64,000 bases of DNA from an uncultured Gemmatimonadales bacterium (GTDB taxonomy: Bacteria > Gemmatimonadota > Gemmatimonadetes > Gemmatimonadales > GWC2-71-9): NCBI GenBank assembly GCA_963821525.1, contig CAWGED010000007.1, positions 1-64,000 of the forward strand. The letters run 5' to 3'. Every line of letters starts with the position of its first letter. Position 1 is the stretch's first letter. A model generated the notes under the pieces. It saw only the letters and a program-made list of their open reading frames with translations. It was not told the origin of the DNA and did no database searches. Positions 44,302 to 54,123 of the stretch are shown one piece after another. Made by a program: the position numbers and the translations under genes.

Positions 44302-45147
44302 ATGGCAAACGCAATGGCAACACCTACTCTCACGAAACACACTCTGCCGGGGTCGCTCGGTCCCATCCTGATTGATGTGCGGGCCGCGGGCCGGACATCG
44401 CCGCAACCCGCGGTCCTCGTCATTCATGGATTCAAGGGATTCAAGGACTGGGGCATGTTTCCGTCTCTCGCGGTCCGCCTGGCTCGCGCGGGCCTCTCGG
44501 CTATCTCGTTCAACCTGAGTGGCAGCGGAGTGGACGACGCGGGAGAATTCGCCTTTCCCGAAAAATTCGGCCACAACACCTTCAGCGCCGAGCTGCACGA
44601 CATCGAGATTGTCCTGGAGGCGCTGCTCGCGGGCAGCCTGGGAGTGGCGCCGCCCACCTCGGTCGGGCTGTTCGGGCATTCGCGGGGTGGTGGAATGGCG
44701 ATTCTCTGCGCGGCGGGCAATCCGAAAATTGGAGCGATGGTCACCTGGTCCGCGATCTCCACGGTGGATCGCTGGCCCTCACAAAAAGCGCTTTGGCGCG
44801 CGACCGGGAAGCTCGAGATCGTGAACACCCGGACCGGACAGGTGCTGCCGCTCTATACCGACGTGCTGGATGATGTGGAGCGCCACGGCCGGGCTCAGCT
44901 CGATATCCTCGGCGCCACGGGAAGGGTGCGCGCTCCCTGGCTCATCCTGCACGGCGCGGCCGACCCGACCGTCCCGGTCGCAGAAGCCGAGGCCCTCCGG
45001 GGCGAAGCGAAGGCTGACCTCGCCCGCCTGCTGATTATCCCGGAAGCCGGTCACACTATGGGCGCGGTGCACCCCTTCGCCGGCATGACGCCCCAGTTGG
45101 CGGAGGCGATTGACGAGACCGTGAAGTGGTTCGGGCGGAATCTGTGA
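44302..45147 (+). CDS. Alpha/beta hydrolase
   Basis: HGFKGFKDWG, GHSRGG, HGAADPTV, GHT. Confidence 0.9.
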   Translation: MANAMATPTLTKHTLPGSLGPILIDVRAAGRTSPQPAVLVIHGFKGFKDWGMFPSLAVRLARAGLSAISFNLSGSGVDDAGEFAFPEKFGHNTFSAELHDIEIVLEALLAGSLGVAPPTSVGLFGHSRGGGMAILCAAGNPKIGAMVTWSAISTVDRWPSQKALWRATGKLEIVNTRTGQVLPLYTDVLDDVERHGRAQLDILGATGRVRAPWLILHGAADPTVPVAEAEALRGEAKADLARLLIIPEAGHTMGAVHPFAGMTPQLAEAIDETVKWFGRNL

Positions 45148-45232
45148 TTGAAGATTGCAGATTTCAGATTGAAGATTTGACGGAAACGTGCTGGCGGGCC
45201 AATCTTCAATCTGAAAATCTTCAATCTTCAAT
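45146..45232. repeat. Inverted pair of heptamer arrays (GATTGAA left / CAATCTT right), empty
   Basis: gattgaa gattgca gatttca gattgaa gatttga, about 20 bp, caatctt caatctg aaaatctt caatctt caat. Confidence 0.96.
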
Positions 45233-45242
45233 GATCTGAGAC

Positions 45243-45461
45243 ATGCCCATCTACGAATACCACTGCGCCGCCTGCGGCACCGATTTCGAATTGCTGGTAC
45301 GGGGCGGAACCGTCGTGAAGTGCCCGTCCTGTGAGGCCAGGAAGGTCGAGCGTCGGCTCTCCGTTCCCGCGCGCCCCGCCGGTGCGCCGGCAACCGATTT
45401 CTCCAAACTCGGCCCGCCCTCCGGTGGCGGGTGTCATGGAGGAGGGTGCGGCTGCCACTGA
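45243..45461 (+). CDS. FmdB family zinc-ribbon protein
   Basis: MPIYEYHCAACG...CPSC. Confidence 0.92.
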   Translation: MPIYEYHCAACGTDFELLVRGGTVVKCPSCEARKVERRLSVPARPAGAPATDFSKLGPPSGGGCHGGGCGCH

Positions 45462-46052
45462 GCCCGCTTCAGCAACTGCTCGCCAATCGGTTGGCCCAAC
45501 GCCGGTCCGTGAACGTCGAGCTTCCCGACGCATCATTGGCCGGCGTTGCCGTTGTCGTGGCGCCGGATCCCGATGCGGTTCTTGCTCATCCGGCGGGCGG
45601 ATCGGGTGGGAGATCCCTGGTCTGGGCACATGGGGTTGCCGGGAGGCCGATTCCAGGCCGACGACGAGGACCTGCTGGCCACCGCCATCCGGGAGACTCG
45701 TGAGGAGCTCTCGCTCACACTCAATCCAACCAGCCTGCTCGGCGTTCTCGATGATGTCTCTCCCAAGACTCCCATCCCGAGGCCAGTCGTCGTAAGGCCC
45801 TTCATCTTCGCCGTCGACGGACGACCGGCCCTTCAACCCAACGACGAAGTTGCGCTGGTTCTTTGGGTGCCGCTGACCGAACTGAGAAAAGCGGGGGTCT
45901 ACCGGGAGGCTCGGATCAGAATCCGGGGGGAAGACCGCCTCTTCCCTGCCTACCACTTGGGTGACCATGTGGTCTGGGGGCTGACCGAGCGAATTCTGAC
46001 TCCTCTTCTCGACCTGCTCACCGACAGGGAGATTCCTACCGGCGAATCTTGA
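45458..46052 (+). CDS. CoA pyrophosphatase, Nudix family (frameshifted; start approximate)
   Basis: GDPWSGHMGLPGG, AIRETREE, VWGLTERIL. Confidence 0.85.
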
Positions 46053-46097
46053 CTTTTGGCCCTGATTAACTGTAAATTAGTCTAACCTAAATTACAG
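46049..46097 (+). promoter_or_regulatory. Promoter with DtxR/MntR-type operator
   Basis: TTGACT (-35, 46049); palindrome ctgtaaattag-tctaac-ctaaattacag (46070-46097) containing TTAG-N6-CTAA over the -10. Confidence 0.8.
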
Positions 46098-46108
46098 GTC
46101 GGGGCTGC

Positions 46109-46798
46109 ATGAATTCCGCACTCCTCCACGAGCCCCTCACGCGCTCGGTCGAGGACTATCTCAAGACCATCTACCGACTGTCCCAGAAGGGGCAGCCGGC
46201 CACAACTAACGATATCGCTCACCAGCTTGAGCTTTCCGCTCCTTCGGTCAGCGGGATGATCAAGCGGCTCTCCGAGCAGGGACTGCTGGAGCACATTCCC
46301 TACAAGGGCGTGGTTCTCACCCTCGAAGGCCGTCACGCCGCTCTTCGCACCATCCGCCGTCACCGAATCATCGAGGCTTACCTGGTCGCCTTCCTCGGCT
46401 ACGGTTGGGAAACCGTCCATGAGGAGGCTGAGCGTCTCGAGCACGCCGTGTCCGAAATGCTGATCGAGCGCATGGCGGAAGCGCTGGGCAATCCCCGTTT
46501 TGATCCGCACGGAGATCCGATCCCGGATCCTGATGGATCGGTCAGCGAGCTGATTTACACCCCGCTGAGTGAAATCCCCGCCGGAGAGTCGGTGGAGATT
46601 CGTCAGGCGGACACCAGTCAGCCCGACCGTCTGCGCTACATCGCCTCGTTCGGGCTCAAGCCCGGCACCCGTGTCACTGTCGTAGACCGTCAGCCCTTCC
46701 GGGGACCCATCACGGTTCAGGTCGGCGGCCAGAGTCATATCCTCGGTCACGAAATCGCCATGCTGCTGCTCTGTGCTCGGCCGCAGATCGCCTCATGA
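46109..46798 (+). CDS. mntR: DtxR/MntR metal-dependent regulator
   Basis: [30 protein letters not shown], FeoA domain. Confidence 0.93.
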   Translation: MNSALLHEPLTRSVEDYLKTIYRLSQKGQPATTNDIAHQLELSAPSVSGMIKRLSEQGLLEHIPYKGVVLTLEGRHAALRTIRRHRIIEAYLVAFLGYGWETVHEEAERLEHAVSEMLIERMAEALGNPRFDPHGDPIPDPDGSVSELIYTPLSEIPAGESVEIRQADTSQPDRLRYIASFGLKPGTRVTVVDRQPFRGPITVQVGGQSHILGHEIAMLLLCARPQIAS

Positions 46799-48150
46799 CC
46801 ACGATTCCCGCTCCAGTCCAGGATCAGGTAGCGTGGCGCTATCCCCGCCGCAGCCCCAGTCTGCCGGAGGCGCACCACTCAATCACCGTCCCCAAGGGCG
46901 TGAGCGTTCTGCGCAAGATGCTCGCGTTCGCCGGACCTGGTTACATGGTGGCGGTGGGCTACATGGACCCCGGCAACTGGGCCAGCGACCTGGCCGGAGG
47001 CGCCCGTTTCGGCTACTCCCTGCTCAGCGTCATTCTGCTATCCAACCTGATGGCGATCCTGCTGCAGTCGCTCGCCCTCAAGCTGGGAATCGTCACGGGG
47101 CGAGATCTCGCCCAGGCCTGCCGCGATCACTACTCGCGGCCGGTCAGCTTCGTGCTCTGGGTCTTGTGTGAGATCGCTATCGCGGCGTGTGATCTGGCCG
47201 AGGTGATCGGATCGGCGATCGCGCTGAACCTGTTGTTCGGCATTCCGCTCATCTGGGGCGTGTGCCTTACCGCGCTCGATGTACTGCTGATCCTGCTCCT
47301 GCAGAACAAGGGATTCCGCTACCTCGAGGCGTTCGTTATTTCGCTGGTCATCACGATCGGCCTCTGCTTCGCCGTGGAGCTGGTGCTGGCTCGGCCGGCC
47401 ATCGGTGCGGTGATGGGCGGTTTGGTCCCTACCACCCAGATCGTGACCAACCCGATCATGCTGTACATCGCGATCGCCATCCTCGGCGCGACCGTAATGC
47501 CGCACAATCTCTACCTGCACTCTGCCATCGTGCAGACTCGCAAGGTGGGTCCCGAGCCGGCCGCGAAGCGGGAGGCCATCAAGTACGCCACGATTGATTC
47601 CACCCTGGCCCTGCTGTTCGCGTTCTTCATCAACGGGGCGATTCTGGTCCTGGCCGCGGCGGCGTTCCACAACAGTGGCTATCAGGAAGTGGCAGACATC
47701 GGGGACGCCTACAAGCTGCTGACCCCGCTGCTGGGCACCTCGGTGGCGAGCTTTCTCTTCGCCCTGGCGTTGCTCGCCTCGGGGCAGAACTCCACCATCA
47801 CCGGCACCCTCGCCGGGCAGATCGTGATGGAGGGCTTCCTCGACATCCGGCTCAAGCCGTGGCTCCGCCGGCTGATTACCCGGCTCATCGCGATCATCCC
47901 GGCCGTGATCGTGACTGCGCTCTATGGCGAGAAGGGCGTGGGCAGTCTGCTCATCCTGAGCCAGGTCATCCTGAGCCTGCAGCTCTCCTTCGCGGTAGTG
48001 CCGCTGGTGCTCTTCACCAGTCAGAAGTCCAAGATGGGGGACTTCGTGAACGGGCGCGGCGTGGCCGCGCTGGCCTGGAGCGTTACCGCGGTCATCGTCT
48101 GCCTCAACGCGTGGTTGTTGTTGACGACGTTCCGTGGTTGGATGAGTTGA
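46795..48150 (+). CDS. mntH: Nramp divalent metal (Mn2+) transporter
   Basis: [28 protein letters not shown]. Confidence 0.96.
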   Translation: MTTIPAPVQDQVAWRYPRRSPSLPEAHHSITVPKGVSVLRKMLAFAGPGYMVAVGYMDPGNWASDLAGGARFGYSLLSVILLSNLMAILLQSLALKLGIVTGRDLAQACRDHYSRPVSFVLWVLCEIAIAACDLAEVIGSAIALNLLFGIPLIWGVCLTALDVLLILLLQNKGFRYLEAFVISLVITIGLCFAVELVLARPAIGAVMGGLVPTTQIVTNPIMLYIAIAILGATVMPHNLYLHSAIVQTRKVGPEPAAKREAIKYATIDSTLALLFAFFINGAILVLAAAAFHNSGYQEVADIGDAYKLLTPLLGTSVASFLFALALLASGQNSTITGTLAGQIVMEGFLDIRLKPWLRRLITRLIAIIPAVIVTALYGEKGVGSLLILSQVILSLQLSFAVVPLVLFTSQKSKMGDFVNGRGVAALAWSVTAVIVCLNAWLLLTTFRGWMS

Positions 48151-48152
48151 GT

Positions 48153-48250
48153 CTGGCGGGAGGGCGGGATGGCGGGAAGGCGGTCGGATTGGTCGGCGGA
48201 ATTGAAGCCGGTCTGTCTGTCCGCCCTCCCGCCCTCCCGCCTTACCGCCT
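48153..48250. repeat. Inverted pair of octamer arrays (xxGGCGGG left / xCCCGCCx right)
   Basis: ctggcggg agggcggg atggcggg aaggcggt ... gtctgtct gtccgccc tcccgccc tcccgcct taccgcct. Confidence 0.88.
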
Positions 48251-49050
48251 GATCTCGACCCTGTCCGTCTCGTCCGTCCTGATCGCCCTGTTCGTCTCTC
48301 CCCTGTCCGCCCAAACGCCTCCTTCTCTCCCACCAATCTCCGACAACAGCTTCCTTGTCGAAGAGGCCTACAATCAGGAATCGCGGGTCGTGCAGCACAT
48401 CAGCACGTTCAGCCGCGGATCCGACGGTGGGTGGATCTACACCTTTACCCAGGAGTGGCCGTTCCGGGGGATGCGGAATCAGCTGAGCTACACGATCCCG
48501 GCACTCCACAATAACGGCACCGGGGTCGGCGATATCCAGCTCAACTATCGCCTGCAGGCGCTTGGGAATCCCGATGCGCCCGTCGCACTGGCGCCGCGGC
48601 TCACGGCGATCCTGCCGACCGGCTCCAGTTCGGAGTCTCGCGGTTTCGGCAGTGCCGGTCTGCAGGCAGCCCTGCCCGCCAGCATCCATCCGGTGCCGGC
48701 GTTGGTCTTCCACCTGAATGCGGGCGTCACCTGGCTTCCCAACGCCAAGAACCCTTCAGGCCGGGAGGCATCCACCACGAGCTACAACCTCGGCGCCAGC
48801 GCAATCTGGTTGGCCAAGAGCAGGATCAACTTCCTGTTGGAATGGGTCTGGCTGGATGCCGAACTGGTGAATGCGAACGGCGGTACTCGGCGGGAGCAGG
48901 CGATGCTGCTGAATCCAGGCGTGCGGGTCGGATTCGACTTCAAGAGCGGACTACAGATCGTTCCCGGCGTGGCCTACACGGTGGGAGTCGGGCCCAGCGA
49001 AGATGTAGAAGCCTTGTTCTTGTATCTCGAGTTTAGAGCACGGGTTTTAG
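48201..49050 (+). CDS. Putative outer-membrane beta-barrel 'transporter' (start unclear; frameshift near 49028)
   Basis: Signal peptide ...PLSA-Q, DNSFLVEEAYNQE, GVGDIQLNYR, LPTGS; corrected end YLSLEHGF* with C-terminal Phe. Confidence 0.75.
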
Positions 49051-49058
49051 GTTGTGGG

Positions 49059-49999
49059 TTACTCCCTCAACGCCTCGAGCAACCTCACCAGCCGCTGATT
49101 CCGTGCCTCGGTGAGCTCCGGTAGATGGGCCGCGTAGGCGTTGCCGACTAGCCGCATCAGCCGGAGCCGATCCTCGTCGCTCAGATGTTCAAACTTGGCC
49201 AGCGTAGTCCATTGGGCCTCGCTCTCCGCGAGGAGCCTGGAGAAGTAGACGTCAGCGCCTTCTTCGCCCGCGTTGATCACGTGTTCCAGGTGAGGGCCTG
49301 AAGCCGCCCAGATCAACGCCGGTCCCACCGAGAGTGCCCGATCGACGTCTTCCACATCGAGCGCACCCTCGAGCACCAGGTAAATGCATTCCCGCCACAC
49401 CGCCGCCGCGACCCGGCCCAGGATGTTCCCGGGGACTTCCTTCTGAAGCACGATCGGGGCGCGTCCCAGCATGCTCAGCCAGAACCGCAGGTCTTCGATG
49501 CAGGCGGGGTCGGTGTTGGGTCCAGAGACGACTTCGACCACGGGGAGTAGCTCGACCGGGATTGAGCGGGTGGGCGACCATCACCCGGTCCTGGTTGGCT
49601 ACTCGGGCGCACAGCTGAGAGAGTGGGAAGGAGCTGCTGCTGGTGACGACGGCGGCCCTGCGAGCATACCTGCTCGATCTGCTCCAGCAGCTTCTGTTTG
49701 AGGTGGAGTTCATCGTTACCCGCTTCGATGATCCAGTCGGCGTCGGTCACCGTTTGCAGCAGGCTCTTGCCGATTCGCATCTCGTTCAGCGCCGACTCGG
49801 CGATGCTGGCCTCGGCCCTTCGCAGCCGAACCAGCGTCTCTACCCGATCACCGATTTCCTGTTCGGCACTCGTCAGAGTGCCGGAGTCAGGGTCGAAAAT
49901 CGCCACGGGCCAGCCGGCGCCGATCGCGAGAGCCGCCCACCCGCGGCCGACCTCGGTGGCACCGATGACCGCGACTCGAGGTGTTTCGAATCGGTTCAT
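49059..49999 (-). CDS. 3-hydroxyacyl-CoA dehydrogenase family protein (frameshifts)
   Basis: VAVIGATEVGRGWA, IIEAGNDELHLK, AHPLNP, KEVPG. Confidence 0.85.
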
Positions 50000-50131
50000 G
50001 GATATCTGAGGATAACGCTGGACCTGACGGCGGCCAAGGAGTCTAAAGGCCAATTCGTGCGCTGAGCGACCCGGTGAAGTAGCGGAAGGCGCCAATCGGC
50101 TCTGATCACGAGTCTGAACAGGGAATCCGAG

Positions 50132-50392
50132 CTACTCAACCGTCCCTTGTCGGAGTGCTACATATCCGAGGCCGACTTTCGCGTCGAGATTGCGGGTGCA
50201 CAGGCGGTCAGCCTGACCGAAGCGCTCGCCTGCCTGAGTGATCGAATCGGAACGAAGAAGCGTATAGCCCTGGGCCACGAGGGTGCCGGCTCGGGGTGGG
50301 CAAGGGGTCTGGGCCACCCCGGTTTCCCAGAGGCCCGCAAGGGCAAGCGTGACGACCCACGCGAGCGGTATCCGGTGTAGATTCGAGGCCAT
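50132..50392 (-). pseudogene. Short or truncated exported TPR-like protein
   Basis: Signal peptide followed by about one TPR (DAKVGLGYVALRQG), then a stop. Confidence 0.4.
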
Positions 50393-50454
50393 GCCGTTGG
50401 GTGAATCATCAACCGCCGCCATTCGCTGAGCAAGCTATCGGAGCCGGCCAGCCC

Positions 50455-50835
50455 ATGACCGATACCGCACTCGAGACTACTCGAGCCTTGGGGCGCCAAC
50501 TGATTGATGAGTTTGGCAAAGGATGGAGTCGAGCCAAGGTCGACCAGATGATGGCCGTCTTCGCCCCCGACGCGGTTTTCGTGGAAACTCCCTTCTCTGA
50601 GCCGATTCGCGGTGACGCGGTGAGAGCCTATTGGGCAGACATGCCCGCACACCAGTCGGAAATCACCTTCACCTCGGGCGAGATTTTCGCGGCAGGGCCG
50701 TGGTTTTCGACAGAGTTCAAGTGCGTCTTCCGCCGGCGCCGGACCGGGGAGTGGGTCGATGCCCGGGGGGCGATCTTCTGTGAGACCAACGGCGACAAGA
50801 TCACTGAGATGCGGATGTACTGGCACCGTCAGTAA
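50455..50835 (+). CDS. SnoaL/NTF2-like protein
   Basis: FAPDAVFVETPF...IRG..VRAYW...GDKITEMRMYW. Confidence 0.85.
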   Translation: MTDTALETTRALGRQLIDEFGKGWSRAKVDQMMAVFAPDAVFVETPFSEPIRGDAVRAYWADMPAHQSEITFTSGEIFAAGPWFSTEFKCVFRRRRTGEWVDARGAIFCETNGDKITEMRMYWHRQ

Positions 50836-51065
50836 GGGGTAGAACCATAGAGGGAGCGCGTCCGGTGGATGCCGGCCAGCAGGGTCCGTAAGTGCAGCCA
50901 CGGAGGACACTTGCCTTCGCCGACTGTCCTGAACCAAATCCAACGTTGCCGGCAGCTGATTCGTAAATTCAATTAGGACTGTAGTTTGAAGGGTGGCATG
51001 GGGATCGCATTCCGACAGTTGGCTGTCTCCCTTTTGCCCCGTCTCACTTTGGCACCGAGGACGCC

Positions 51066-52731
51066 ATGCTCCTCGCACTGATGCTGTCGGCGCTCACTGC
51101 CGACCCCGGTTCTGCAACGGTCCCGCCTACGCGGGCCGTCACGACTGTTCGAGTTTCCCTCAACAAAGACGGTTATTACGCCCTGGGAGACCAGGTCACG
51201 GTCAGAGTCAGCTCGTCGGAAGACGGGTATCTGATCGTGTTCCGCGCCACGACCCGAGGCCGCGTGCGGGTCCTGTTCCCGCTCGACCCTGGGCTCGACA
51301 ACTTCGTGCGCGGCGGGAAGACCTACGACGTGCTCGGGCGGGGAGGGAAGGAGTCGTTCCGGGTGGATGACGAGCAGGGCTCTGGCGTCGTCTATGCGGC
51401 CGTCTCCGAGGAGCCACTGCAGTTCGAACAGTTCATGCGAGGAGACCACTGGGATTACCGGGCCTTCGAGGATTATCAGGTATCCGACGATGCGGAAACC
51501 ACGTTCGGAGACCTGATGGAAAAGATGGCCTCGACAGGGCGGTACCAGTATGACTTGGTGAGCTACCATGTGGCGGGGAACGACTACTCCGCAGACAACA
51601 ATTACAACTCCAACGACTACGACCACGACGGGCACTATCACTACGACGGCTCCGCCGGATTCTATGCCCCGTGCTTTGGTTGCAGCCCGTATTACGGCAG
51701 CGGCTTCAGCTTCAGTATCGGCTTCGGGTTCGGAGCGCCACCGTTCTATCCGTACTACTACGCTCCGTTCTACCCCGCTTACTACGGGTACTACCCGTAT
51801 TACGGCTACTACCATCCGTACTACGCCTACGTTCCGTACTACTACCGGGTGATCAACCCCTACTACGGCTACAATCCGTACTACTACCGGGGCACTTACG
51901 GCTACATGCCGGGCGGCCCGAATTACGGCGGTCGTCCGCCCTACGGGTTCAAGCCAGGACTCCCGGGATCTCCGGGTGGCCCGGGAACTCCGGTCGGCTA
52001 TCGTCCGCGGTTCACCGCAACTGGAAGAGACCCGCGTGGTGGTGTTCCGACGATTGGCATAGCTCCACGCGATCGTCGCAACCCTGATATCGGTGGTCGC
52101 GGCGATGGCAGGACAGTGATCCGTCCGGTGTCGTCCGGCGGAATGGGGTCCGGAGACAGCCCGAGACGCCGGGTTGGCGTGGATGATCGCTCACCGCGTC
52201 CTGCGCCGCGGACGACTACAACGACTCGTCCGGGCGGTCCGACACCGAGCACGTCTCCCAGCACCGCCAGGCCGAGTGACGGTTCGAATCGCTCTGGCGG
52301 ATCTGCGCCCAGCACCGGCACCTATCGGCCCCGGACTCGGGTGGAAGATCTCTCGCCGGCTGACCAGGTCTTCGACTCGTAGCGCGCCGTCGCCGCAAAC
52401 CGATGGATCGCCGCGCTACTCCTCACCTCGTCAGGGTGATCCGGTGAGGCCATATCCCTCCCAAGGTCGCGATCCTCGCCGGGCTGCACCTTCGCGAGAT
52501 GGCTCGCCGTCCTACCAGCCGCCGGCGCGTTCGAGTGGTCAGCCCAGTTATGGCGGCCGGCCGAGCTCTAGCGGGCGGCCCAGTGGTCAGCCCAGCTATG
52601 GCGGTGGTCGCCCCAGCTACAGCGGTGGTGGTGGCGGCGGTGGTCGGCCGAGCTACGGCGGCGGAAGTTACGGCGGTGGAGGCTATGGTGGCGGGCGGGT
52701 GTCGAGCGGCGGTGGTGGGAGACCGCGTTGA
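51066..52731 (+). CDS. Exported DUF4384-domain protein with Tyr/Pro/Gly-rich low-complexity tail (frameshift near 52340)
   Basis: YALGDQVTVRV...DGYLIV...GRVRVLFPLDP; YYP-rich, then SYGG/RP-rich tail. Confidence 0.75.
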
Positions 52732-52757
52732 ACGTACGGCAAGTAAGAACTACCTCT

Positions 52758-52790
52758 CGGGGCGGCCTCAGGCCGCCCCGTTTGCGTTCC
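52758..52790. terminator. Terminator hairpin between convergent genes
   Basis: cggggcggcc-tca-ggccgccccg followed by tttg. Confidence 0.75.
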
Positions 52791-53252
52791 TAGCTGTGTC
52801 TCCGCACGTAGTCGAGGCCCCACTCGAGATATTCGGCCGATCGCAATCCGACCTTCATCGCCGTCGCCACCGCGTCCTCCTCTGTCCATTCCCTGGTCGA
52901 GCATGAGATGCGCGATCAACGCCCCACCCACCCGGTTTCCACTCCCGCAGTGCATGAAGATTTGTTTCTCCCCTTTGTCTCGCAGGACCTTGAGAATGCG
53001 CTCGAGCGTCGCGTCGTTCAGCCGCCCCGCGCTGATCGGCACGTTCACGTACTCCATCCCGAGCTGCGCCACCTTCGCCGGTTCGTCGATGGGACGCGGC
53101 TCCATTGGCTCCCGCAAGTCGAGAATTACCGAGACACCGGCGGCTTTCATGGCCTCCAGTTGCGATGTCCCGGGTTGGCCGCCAGTCACCAGCCCGGTGA
53201 TCGGCTGGCAGGCATTGGCGACTCCGCTGATGGCTTCGAGTAGGGTTGGCAT
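52790..53252 (-). CDS. DUF442/PTP-like sulfurtransferase or phosphatase (frameshift near 52880)
   Basis: TGGQP, ILDLR, HCGSGNR active-site loop. Confidence 0.82.
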
Positions 53253-53286
53253 GGCAGGTTCATTGGAAACGGAAGAACTATCTTCC

Positions 53287-53359
53287 GTGAGGGGAGGACG
53301 TGAGGAGTAGGTCCTTAGGCCTAAACTCGGTACTCGGTACTAGGTACTTAGTACTATGG
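53287..53359. repeat. Heptamer arrays: eroded GTGAGGA-type arm, then ACTCGGT arm
   Basis: gtgaggggaggacgtgaggagtagg ... actcggt actcggt actaggt acttagt actatgg. Confidence 0.85.
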
Positions 53360-53377
53360 ATCACGAAAGGGGAAGGG

Positions 53378-53767
53378 GTGATCTGGTACATCGCGCTGGG
53401 TAGTGCGCTCGGAGGAGTCGGCCGATACTTGCTCGGCGGCCTGATCCAGGACTGGAGTGGGAGCTCCTTCCCCGTCGGCACGCTAATCGTCAACATCAGC
53501 GGGTCGTTCCTCCTGGGACTCATCAGTGGGTACGCCCTGGAATCCGCGGCAATCAGCGCCGAAGTCAGGGCATTCCTGACCATCGGGATTTGTGGCGGAT
53601 ACACCACCTTCTCCACCTTTTCTCTCGAAACCGTCAACCTGCTCCGCGACGGCGACTATGCGAGAGCTGCATCCTACCTGCTGCTGAGTGTCCTGATCTC
53701 TCTGGCGGCGGTATTCATGGGGCTCGCTGCCGGGCATCAGATCGTCCTGCTCCGGCGAGGCGGATGA
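53378..53767 (+). CDS. crcB: Fluoride channel Fluc/CrcB
   Basis: GSALGGVGRY, GTLIVN, GICGGYTTFSTF. Confidence 0.95.
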   Translation: MIWYIALGSALGGVGRYLLGGLIQDWSGSSFPVGTLIVNISGSFLLGLISGYALESAAISAEVRAFLTIGICGGYTTFSTFSLETVNLLRDGDYARAASYLLLSVLISLAAVFMGLAAGHQIVLLRRGG

Positions 53768-53770
53768 GAT

Positions 53771-54106
53771 ATGCACGGACTGACGGGTGAGCGGGTCCTC
53801 ATGCGGATTCACATCGGCGAACGCGACCGTCACGACGGGAAACCGCTCTATGAAGCGATCGTGAACCTGCTTCGCGAGAGACATTATGCGGGCGCCACCG
53901 TGACTCGTGCGGTCATGGGCTTCGGGGCGACAGCGCGGCTCCACACCGACAAGGTGCTGCGTCTCTCAGTGGACCTGCCTATCGTGGTGGAGTGCGTGGA
54001 TACCGAGGAGAAGATCCAGGCCATTCTTCCTGAGCTGGACCAGATGATCGGCGGCGGACTGATCACTCTCGAGAAGGTGAAGGTGATTGTCTATCGGGCA
54101 GAGTGA
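53771..54106 (+). CDS. DUF190 (PII-like) protein
   Basis: IGERD...GATVTRAVMGFG...DLPIVVECVD; follows crcB. Confidence 0.92.
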   Translation: MHGLTGERVLMRIHIGERDRHDGKPLYEAIVNLLRERHYAGATVTRAVMGFGATARLHTDKVLRLSVDLPIVVECVDTEEKIQAILPELDQMIGGGLITLEKVKVIVYRAE

Positions 54107-54123
54107 CCCCTTAAATTCCCATC

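Noticed and set aside
53253..53377. Fluoride riboswitch upstream of crcB
   Set aside because: The GATGG..TCGCC / GCT.ATGAC core is not visible; the region is occupied by heptamer arrays.
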